Part shown: positions 34,128 to 40,870 of the stretch, one piece after another
Position numbering within the stretch: the stretch's first letter is position 1
Layout of the letters: each line of letters opens with the position of its first letter
From: a virus
Taxonomy: Duplodnaviria; Caudoviricetes
DNA: 40,870 bases
Direction: 5' to 3' (one strand)
Virus record (IMG/VR): IMGVR_UViG_3300049172_000078
Coordinates: 1 to 40,870 of that record
The notes under the pieces: model-generated
Databases searched by the model: none
Told to the model about the DNA's origin: nothing
The model's input: only the letters and a program-made list of their open reading frames with translations
Made by a program: the position numbers and the translations under genes

Positions 34128-35113
34128 GCGCCCCACTGGTCGTGAACACGAGGGATGGCGTGTGCTGGACGCGCCGCACGGTCACTCGGGGCGGGGTCGC
34201 GTTGTACGCCCCGGAGAGCGTGCAGACCTGCCCGAACTTCGTGATGGCGACGCTGGCCGAGCTGGCCGAGCACGGCATCGCTGGGTCGGCGGACGTGCTG
34301 CCGGTGCCGGTGGGCACCGCGACGCTGGTCCCCGAGAGCCCGGCTCGCACGATGCTCGACCACGCCCGCGAGGCGCTCAACGCCCGCATGACGAAGGACG
34401 ATCTGCGGCTCGTCCTGGACAACACCATCACCTACGCGGCTGCGCTGGAGACCCGCGCCGCGCGGTACCGCATCGCGTGGGGCACGGCTCGCACTCGGGC
34501 GATCTCCACCGGTGGCGCTGCCGACCGGTATGCGGCACGTGCCCGGGCCGCCCAGGAAGCCCTGCAACACATGCTGTTCACGGTCATCGCCGGGCAGATG
34601 GCGTTGAAGGTGGCGACCGACGAGGCCGCGGAACTCCGGGCACGGCTCGCCGAGTACGAGCGGCCGGCCGACGAGGGCCCGGTCCGGTACGCGCTCACCG
34701 GTGCGGCCGAGGAACTGCGGTCGTGCTGCGCGGGCCCGGAGTGCACCTGCACCCCGTCCTCGCCGCAGGACGACCAGTACATCCCGCCGCGCGAGGACGA
34801 CGTGAGGCCGCAGGTGAACAAGCTCCGGGCGATCCTCGCCGGGCAGCGCGAGCAGGCGCCAGACATGCCGTACCGCGCGGTGCGTGGCTCCATCGAGCTC
34901 GGCAGCTACGCCACCGAGGGTGCGGCCCGCGAAGCGTGCGAGACCGTGGCCCGCCAGATCTGGCCGAATGGTGAGCCGCGCTGGATCAGTGCCGCCGACG
35001 AGCCCGAGGAGATGCACGCCGGGTCGGTCGCCGAGCTGGACATCAGCATCGACCGGCGCGTCCGCCAGACGTGCATCGCCGTGAAGCGCGCCGCCGAGAC
35101 GGGTGGTGCCTGA
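34124..35113 (+). CDS. Hypothetical protein
   Basis: GAGG RBS, ATGA overlap. Confidence 0.7.
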   Translation: MSAPLVVNTRDGVCWTRRTVTRGGVALYAPESVQTCPNFVMATLAELAEHGIAGSADVLPVPVGTATLVPESPARTMLDHAREALNARMTKDDLRLVLDNTITYAAALETRAARYRIAWGTARTRAISTGGAADRYAARARAAQEALQHMLFTVIAGQMALKVATDEAAELRARLAEYERPADEGPVRYALTGAAEELRSCCAGPECTCTPSSPQDDQYIPPREDDVRPQVNKLRAILAGQREQAPDMPYRAVRGSIELGSYATEGAAREACETVARQIWPNGEPRWISAADEPEEMHAGSVAELDISIDRRVRQTCIAVKRAAETGGA

Positions 35114-35364
35114 TGCCCGCCGCGACCGCCGCTGAGTGGCTCACCGCCGCCGCGATCGGCACCACCACGCTGCCCCCGCTCTGGCTCGCCGCCCACCTCG
35201 CGGGCCGCGACCTGCCGCACGTGTCCCTCGACCCGGCCCGCAACGCCGCCCACCGGGCGCACGACGCCGCCGAGCAGGCCGCGCTGAAGGCCCGGATGCA
35301 GCTGGCCGCGTGGCTGCTCGTCGTCGCCTGCCACCTGGAGCAGCCGCAGGGAGGCGCCCGATGA
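35113..35364 (+). CDS. Hypothetical protein
   Basis: TGATG coupling. Confidence 0.6.
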   Translation: MPAATAAEWLTAAAIGTTTLPPLWLAAHLAGRDLPHVSLDPARNAAHRAHDAAEQAALKARMQLAAWLLVVACHLEQPQGGAR

Positions 35365-35549
35365 TCCCCCGCCCCCTCGGCTGTGACGGCAACGAGTGCG
35401 ACTACGAGGGCGCCGTGTGGTTCCACGTGGACTGCGAACTGGCCCCCGGCCGTGGCGCCTCGCAGATCAAGCACCCGTCGATGCGCCCGACCCGCGCGCA
35501 CTTCGCGGCCAACCCGCTGCCGGTGCAGCAGGACCGGAGGGCATCGTGA
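35361..35549 (+). CDS. Hypothetical protein
   Basis: GGAGG RBS, ATGA overlap. Confidence 0.6.
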   Translation: MIPRPLGCDGNECDYEGAVWFHVDCELAPGRGASQIKHPSMRPTRAHFAANPLPVQQDRRAS

Positions 35550-36040
35550 ACGCCCACACTGCCCGGCAGGGCCTGCTGAACTACCTGACCGGCAACGCGG
35601 TTTGCCAGACGCCGCGTCCGGTCGACGAGGCCGAGGGGCTGCTCGACGCCTACCGCGCCGAGGTGATCGCCGAGCGCGACGCCATGACCGTGGCGTGGCT
35701 GGTGAAGAAGGCCCGCGAGTTCCGGGCCATGGGCGGCCGGATGCGCGCCGCGCAGGCCGACGCCGTCGCCGCGATGGCCTCGAAGCTGGAGCGCGGGGCG
35801 GTCCGCCCGAACAACCTGCGGACGCTGCCCGCCGACTTCTTCGAGCCCGGCCACACCTACACCGCCCACTTCTACGGCGGCCCGTTCACCGTCGACCACG
35901 TTGGCACACACCCCGCCACCGGCGAGCGCTACGCCCACGGCTGGGTGCACTACGAGGACAACGACTCGTGGGCGCCCAACGTGGTCAGCGGCGGCCTGTT
36001 CGAGCACTTCACCGACATCACCGAACGAGGTGACGCCTGA
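35546..36040 (+). CDS. Hypothetical protein
   Basis: GGAGG RBS, GTGA overlap; contains FFEPGHTY motif. Confidence 0.7.
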   Translation: MNAHTARQGLLNYLTGNAVCQTPRPVDEAEGLLDAYRAEVIAERDAMTVAWLVKKAREFRAMGGRMRAAQADAVAAMASKLERGAVRPNNLRTLPADFFEPGHTYTAHFYGGPFTVDHVGTHPATGERYAHGWVHYEDNDSWAPNVVSGGLFEHFTDITERGDA

Positions 36041-36918
36041 TGACGACCGTCGTGCAGGCCCCGGCCGCCGGCCCGGAACCCATCACCGAGCCCGGCATCT
36101 ACGAGATGACGAACGAGGAGTACCACTCGCACGGGTACGCCCTGTCGTCCAGCGGCGCGCGGAAGCTCCTCGACCCCTCGTGTCCCGCGATCTTCAAGTA
36201 CGAGCAGGACCACCCGCAGCCGCCGAAAAAGATCTTCGACATCGGCAACGCGGCGCACAAGCTCGTCCTCGGCAACGGGCCCAAGCTCCGCAAGATCGAG
36301 CATGAGACCTGGAACACCAACGTGGCGAAGGCCGCGGTGCGCGAGGCCCGCGAGGCGGGCGAGATCCCGCTGAAGCCCGCCGAGTGGGAGCAGGTGCACG
36401 CGATGGCGGACGCCCTGCGCCGTCACCCCGTCGCCTCCCTGCTGTTCGACCCCGAGCGCGGCACCCCGGAACGGTCCCTGTTCTGGCGCGACGAGAAGAC
36501 CGGCGTCATGCGCCGCGCCCGCCTGGACTGGTTGCCGAACCCGCGCACGGGGCGGCTGATCATCCCCGACTACAAGACGTGCGTCTCGGCGCACCCCGAG
36601 AAGCTTCAGCGGGCCGTGGACGACTTCGGATACCACCAGCAAGACGACTGGTACCGGTCCGCCTGCCACGCCCTCGGCATCGCCGACGAGACCGCCGCGT
36701 TCGTGTTCGTCTGCCAGGAAAAGCAGGCGCCCTACGTGATCACCGTCATCGAGGTGAACGCCACCTCTCGCCGGATCGGCGCCGCCCGCAACCGGCGCGC
36801 CCTGGAGCGCTTCGCCGAGTGCACCCGCACCGGCTACTGGCCCGGCTACAGCGACGAGATCGCCCCCGTTTCCCTGCCCCCGTGGGCCGAGACCCGCGAC
36901 AGCTTGGAGTACCTGTGA
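36040..36918 (+). CDS. RecE / exonuclease VIII-like PD-(D/E)XK nuclease
   Basis: EEYH...LSSS, G.AAH, E.SLFW, R.R.DW...DYKT, YH.Q..WY. Confidence 0.9.
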   Translation: MTTVVQAPAAGPEPITEPGIYEMTNEEYHSHGYALSSSGARKLLDPSCPAIFKYEQDHPQPPKKIFDIGNAAHKLVLGNGPKLRKIEHETWNTNVAKAAVREAREAGEIPLKPAEWEQVHAMADALRRHPVASLLFDPERGTPERSLFWRDEKTGVMRRARLDWLPNPRTGRLIIPDYKTCVSAHPEKLQRAVDDFGYHQQDDWYRSACHALGIADETAAFVFVCQEKQAPYVITVIEVNATSRRIGAARNRRALERFAECTRTGYWPGYSDEIAPVSLPPWAETRDSLEYL

Positions 36919-37844
36919 ACTACCCCGCCACCACCGACCACCAGTTCGCGGCCCCGGCCGCGCCGGCGCCCTCGTTCGTCGGGCAGGGCACCGCGGTTGA
37001 GCAGTCCCGCGCGGTCGCCGAGGTGCAGGCCGCCGTGATCGTGGCCCGCCAGTTCCCCCGGAACGAGGCGCAGGCCATCCGCAAGATGCAGACGGCGTTC
37101 GCGCAGCACACCCTCGCCGTCCGCTCGTTCTTCCGCTTCCGCCGCGGGACGTCGCAGGTGTCGGGCGAGACGATCCAGTTCGCCAAGGAACTCGCCCGCT
37201 GCTGGACGAACATCCACTACGGCGTGCACGAGCTGCGCCGCGACGACGCCAACGGCGAGTCCGAGATGCAGGCATGGGCGTGGGACCTGGAGACCAACGA
37301 GCGCGCATCCACCACGTTCATCGTGCCGCACACCCGGTGGACGAGCGAGAACGGCGGCAAGCGGCTGGAGGACCCGCGCGACGTCTACGAGAACAACAGC
37401 AACAACGGCGCCCGCCGCCTCCGGGAGATGATCTTCAGTGTGCTGCCGGACTGGTTCCGGGAACAGGCCAAGGGCATCGCTCAGCACACCGTCGACCACG
37501 GCCAAGGGGACACGCCCCTGGCGCAGCGCGCCGCCGAAGCCATCGCCGCCTTCGAGGGCATCGGCGTCACGGTCGAGCAGCTGGAGGAGAACCGCGCGGG
37601 CCGGAAGTCCGAGAAGTGGACGAACCTCGACCTCGGCCAGCTGCACATCATCTTCGAGTCCATCCGCCGCAACGAGACGACGGTGGACGAGGAGTTTCCC
37701 GAGCAGCGGGTGACCGTCGCCGAGATCACCCGGCAGCACAGCGAGCAGCCGCCGGCCAGCACGCCCGAGCAGCCGACGCCCGCCAGTGACGGCAACTCCT
37801 CGTGGCCGGACGCCCGGCAGCCCGGATCGGGGGCCGCATCGTGA
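36915..37844 (+). CDS. Putative ssDNA annealing recombinase (RecT functional analogue)
   Basis: Coupled to RecE; AEVQAA..AR.FPR, ELARCW.NI, AWDLETN motifs. Confidence 0.6.
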   Translation: MNYPATTDHQFAAPAAPAPSFVGQGTAVEQSRAVAEVQAAVIVARQFPRNEAQAIRKMQTAFAQHTLAVRSFFRFRRGTSQVSGETIQFAKELARCWTNIHYGVHELRRDDANGESEMQAWAWDLETNERASTTFIVPHTRWTSENGGKRLEDPRDVYENNSNNGARRLREMIFSVLPDWFREQAKGIAQHTVDHGQGDTPLAQRAAEAIAAFEGIGVTVEQLEENRAGRKSEKWTNLDLGQLHIIFESIRRNETTVDEEFPEQRVTVAEITRQHSEQPPASTPEQPTPASDGNSSWPDARQPGSGAAS

Positions 37845-38026
37845 GCCTGCGCCCCACTGGCCGCCACCGCCGCCCGCGCGCCGTCGCACTGTTCCGCCCG
37901 GCCGAGGTCAACGACCTCGCCTACTGCCCCGCCGAGCAGCAGATCACCATGCACGCCTTCAAGGGCCGCACGCGCATCTGCTGGACGTGCCGCCGCGAGA
38001 GCCCCACGGCGGTGCCCCGTGGCTGA
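37841..38026 (+). CDS. Small Zn-ribbon-like protein
   Basis: CP.E...H...CWTC. Confidence 0.55.
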   Translation: MSLRPTGRHRRPRAVALFRPAEVNDLAYCPAEQQITMHAFKGRTRICWTCRRESPTAVPRG

Positions 38027-38513
38027 TCTGACCCTGTTCACCCCCGAGGCTCCGGCCGCCACCACGGCGGCCGGGCCTCGGCCCGCACCGTTCGTCATCG
38101 CCCTGCCCGCCGGCCTGACCCTGCTGAACGCCAACCAGCGGATGCACCACCAGCAGAAGGCCAAGCACACCCGCGCAATCCGGGACGCCGCGCACGAGGC
38201 CGTCACCGAGTGCCCCTCCCTCATGGATGCCCTGGCCGCGGCCAAGCCCGACCCCCTGTTCCAGCGGGCACACATCCTCGGCGTCGTCCACCCCGGCTCC
38301 CACCGCCGAGCCGACCCGGCCAACCTCTACCCGTCCTTCAAAGCGGCCGTCGATGGCCTCGTGGACGCCGGGCTGTTCGAGGACGACGACCACACGCGCG
38401 TCGTCGGCCCGGACATGCGGCTCGGGCCGGTGGTGAAGGGCGGGCAACTCGTCCTCGTCGTCCGCGGCCTGGCCCCCGGCGAGGACCCCCTCGGCTACGG
38501 GCCGCTGCGATGA
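38019..38513 (+). CDS. RusA-like Holliday junction resolvase
   Basis: LNAN.R.H, RRAD.AN.YP..KA.VDGLVDAG...DD. Confidence 0.8.
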   Translation: MADLTLFTPEAPAATTAAGPRPAPFVIALPAGLTLLNANQRMHHQQKAKHTRAIRDAAHEAVTECPSLMDALAAAKPDPLFQRAHILGVVHPGSHRRADPANLYPSFKAAVDGLVDAGLFEDDDHTRVVGPDMRLGPVVKGGQLVLVVRGLAPGEDPLGYGPLR

Positions 38514-38713
38514 ACAGCCGGGTCCCGGAGCCGTGCGACATCCCCCGCGGCCAGCACGACGGGGAGGTCCGCTTCTACGTCACCGGCTGGAAGTGCGACC
38601 GGCACTCGCCGTGGGCCGTGCGGGGGTTGCCGCGGCCGGCACCGGGGCCCGGCGCCATCTACACCTACCGCGCCGTACAGGCCGCGGAACACCACCAGGA
38701 AGGAACCGAGTAA
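38510..38713 (+). CDS. Hypothetical protein
   Basis: ATGA overlap; C...H...RFY.TGW.C..H.P. Confidence 0.6.
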   Translation: MNSRVPEPCDIPRGQHDGEVRFYVTGWKCDRHSPWAVRGLPRPAPGPGAIYTYRAVQAAEHHQEGTE

Positions 38714-39150
38714 TGCCGAAGCTCAGCCCCGCCGACGTCCCCGAGGTCAAGCTCGACTCCGCCGCCGTCGCCATCGAGGCGTGCATGTCCCGCGAGATGC
38801 GCCGCGGCCTCTTCGAGAAGCCCGGCCGGACCGTCGTCGCCATCGTCGAACTCACCTCCAAGTCGTACACCGGGCACGCCGAGGGCGAGGACAAGGACCC
38901 GCAGGTGAAGGTCCGCGTCACCGGCTGCGAGGTCGCCCGCAGCGACGAGGACGCCGCCGCCCTGCTCCAGGCGAAGCGCGCCATGTACCGCGGCCGGCAG
39001 ATCGACGGGACGTTGGACGAGGTCGGCGAGGGCCCGATGCGCCCCGATGACCAGCTCGCTGGACTCGTGGCGGACAAGCCCACCGAGGACGAGCTGAAGG
39101 CCCACAAGCGGCGCGTCGAGGAGCGCCGCCAGGCCGAGTACATCCGCTGA
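38713..39150 (+). CDS. Hypothetical protein
   Basis: AAGGA RBS, TAATG coupling. Confidence 0.75.
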   Translation: MPKLSPADVPEVKLDSAAVAIEACMSREMRRGLFEKPGRTVVAIVELTSKSYTGHAEGEDKDPQVKVRVTGCEVARSDEDAAALLQAKRAMYRGRQIDGTLDEVGEGPMRPDDQLAGLVADKPTEDELKAHKRRVEERRQAEYIR

Positions 39151-39183
39151 CCCTCCCGAAGCGACCACCACTCACACAGCAAA

Positions 39184-39211
39184 GCGGCGGTGCCCGACCC
39201 GGCACCGCCGC
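39184..39211 (+). terminator. Intergenic hairpin
   Basis: 11-bp stem GCGGCGGTGCC / GGCACCGCCGC. Confidence 0.5.
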
Positions 39212-39235
39212 CCCGACCCCGAAAGGCCACAACTC

Positions 39236-40066
39236 GTGAACACCAAGAGCCTACCCAACCTCCCCGACACCGACGAGCCGACCGCCGTCGTCATCGACGT
39301 CACCCCCGAACTCGCCCGCGTCTGGCTCCGCTCCAACACCCACAACCGCAAGCTCCGCGAACGCGCCGTCGCCGACTACGCCCGAGACATGGCCGCCGGC
39401 CACTGGAACCTCAACGGCGAGGCCATCAAGTTCTCGACCGACGGCCAGATCCTCGACGGACAGCACCGCCTCAGCGCCGTAATCGAGTCCGACGCCACGG
39501 TGCAGATGCTCGTCGTAGTCGGCCTGCCGCCGGAGGTGCAGGAGACCATGGACACCGGCCGCAAGCGCACCACCGGCGACGTCATGGGGCTCCGCGGAGA
39601 GACCAACGCCCACACCCTCGCCTCGATCCTGCGCCGCGTCTGGGCCTGGAACAACGGTGACCACCGGTTCACCGGCAACTACTCCGCCACCAACCGCGAG
39701 TGCGCCCAACTCCTCGCCGACCACCCCGAGCTGAGGCGTTCCACCGAGATCGCCGTCCGCACGAGGCACGCGTTCCCCCACATCCCGCAGTCCTGCCTCG
39801 GCGTCGCACACCACCTGTTCTCGGCGATCGCCGCCGACGAGGCGGCGTGGTTCTTCCAGCGCATCGCCGACGGCGCCGAACTGCCCATCGGGCACCCCGT
39901 CCTGGCGCTGCGAGCCCGCGTCACGTCGGAGCGGCTGGAGAGCGTGCGCATGCCGGAGAGCCGCTACATGGCCTACCTGATCCGCACATGGAACGCAGTG
40001 CGCGACGGCCGCTCCCTCGACCGCCTCGTACACCCGCCGAACAGCTCCATGCCCATGCCGAAGTAG
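39236..40066 (+). CDS. ParB-like / DGQHR-domain protein
   Basis: NR.L....V..YARDM..G.W...GE.I.F..DG...DGQHRL.A. Confidence 0.8.
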   Translation: MNTKSLPNLPDTDEPTAVVIDVTPELARVWLRSNTHNRKLRERAVADYARDMAAGHWNLNGEAIKFSTDGQILDGQHRLSAVIESDATVQMLVVVGLPPEVQETMDTGRKRTTGDVMGLRGETNAHTLASILRRVWAWNNGDHRFTGNYSATNRECAQLLADHPELRRSTEIAVRTRHAFPHIPQSCLGVAHHLFSAIAADEAAWFFQRIADGAELPIGHPVLALRARVTSERLESVRMPESRYMAYLIRTWNAVRDGRSLDRLVHPPNSSMPMPK

Positions 40067-40073
40067 CCCGGCG

Positions 40074-40108
40074 CCGCCCGGGGCGCGCACTTCCCCCGCC
40101 CCGGGCGG
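40074..40108 (+). terminator. Intergenic hairpin
   Basis: 12-bp stem CCGCCCGGGGCG / CGCCCCGGGCGG. Confidence 0.5.
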
Positions 40109-40152
40109 ATCTTGCCGGATCGGTTCCGCAACATCACGAGAGAAGACCCGAG

Positions 40153-40870
40153 TTGAGTACAGACGAGCAGGACGGCCGCACCAGCGGCAGCGTGCCGAAC
40201 GCCTATGGCAACGCCCTGTCGTGGAAGTGGACACGCGCTATGTCCACCTACCTGCGACGGTCCGGCCTGCCCCTGCTCCTGTGCCAGCTGCGCAACCTCG
40301 CCAACGCCTCTGGGGAGATCGCGTTCTCCTCCGACCGCAAGCCCATCCGTATCCAGGACATCGCCAAGGCAGCCTGCTGCGACGAGAAGGAAGCACGCCG
40401 CTACCTGGAGGCCGCGATACGGGCCGGCGTCGTCCAGGTGCTCGGCGAGCGCAAGCGCGGCAAGGCGGCCCGCTACGTGATCGTCGTGCACCCGTTCCCG
40501 GACTGGACGGCGGCCGAGGACTACCTGAAGGCGACCGCCCGGAAGCGCTCCTCGGGGTGGGGCCAGCACGACGGAAGTTCAGGGGACAGCGCCCCGAACC
40601 AGAACGGGGGACAGCGCCCCGAACTTACCGACGGTACGGCCGAAGAAGTTCGGGGGACAGCGCCCCGTATGGGTTCGGGGGACAGCGCCCCGAACGGTTC
40701 GGGGGACAGCGCCCCGAACAACCCAGGGGTTAGCCAAGAACTAACCCATGAATCGGCCGAGGTCTCTTTCCGACCTCAGCTAGTGGGCGCTCCCGGTGAT
40801 CAAGCCGAGTCCCACGAACCACCCCCAGACGACGCACCCCCACCGCCAGACCCCGACGACTACGAGACCT
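40153..40870 (+). CDS. Replication initiator with HTH, truncated by window end
   Basis: Open frame from TTG 40153 to the end; IQDIAKAACCDEKEARRYLEAAIRAGVV wHTH; internal iterons. Confidence 0.75.
   Translation, partial: MSTDEQDGRTSGSVPNAYGNALSWKWTRAMSTYLRRSGLPLLLCQLRNLANASGEIAFSSDRKPIRIQDIAKAACCDEKEARRYLEAAIRAGVVQVLGERKRGKAARYVIVVHPFPDWTAAEDYLKATARKRSSGWGQHDGSSGDSAPNQNGGQRPELTDGTAEEVRGTAPRMGSGDSAPNGSGDSAPNNPGVSQELTHESAEVSFRPQLVGAPGDQAESHEPPPDDAPPPPDPDDYET
40577..40719. repeat. Iterons (putative replication origin)
   Basis: Five 23-bp copies of GTTCGGGGGACAGCGCCCCGAAC-like at 40577, 40602, 40648, 40673, 40697. Confidence 0.8.

Larger units (their letters stand above)
1..40870. mobile_element. 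Temperate siphovirus (actinobacterial, likely Streptomyces host), near-complete genome, excised form
   Basis: Full head/tail/lysis/integration/immunity/replication modules; long tape measure and no sheath gene; WhiB-like gene; intact attP inside the window; no host genes seen. Confidence 0.95.

Noticed and set aside
40577-40719. CRISPR array
   Set aside because: Gaps between repeats are 1-2 nt (one 23 nt), the repeats lie inside a coding frame, and there are no cas genes
40861-40870. Exact circular join of window end to base 1
   Set aside because: Direct joining puts the rep frame out of phase with the frame ending at 70, so some sequence is probably missing at the junction

Overview
Near-complete genome (~40.9 kb, high GC) of a temperate Streptomyces-type siphovirus in excised (circular or virion) form: an uninterrupted attP (3' half of a tRNA-Arg(CCT) with arm-type repeats on both sides) lies mid-window next to a tyrosine integrase, and the window ends appear to fall inside one gene. 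Order: C5 DNA methyltransferase, WhiB-like regulator, small hypotheticals, a plasmid/AICE-like module (divergent HTH repressor, palindromic operators, DUF2637-like and membrane proteins), terminase, portal-MuF fusion, HK97 protease and capsid, neck/tail genes with a -1 frameshift chaperone, tape measure, Dit with an inserted domain, lysis cassette, a GntR/UTRA module, an XRE gene flanked by two dense hairpin arrays, attP/int, repressor/cro/xis switch, RecE/annealase/RusA recombination genes, a ParB/DGQHR-like gene and an iteron-containing replication initiator. The most unusual signal is a ~370-nt back-to-back hairpin array (30064-30425), divergent from a TTA-containing XRE gene and bracketed by a 9-bp direct repeat and a perfect 15-bp inverted repeat. 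It is a candidate phage structured ncRNA or cis-element system. All family assignments come from motif recognition by eye, not database searches.
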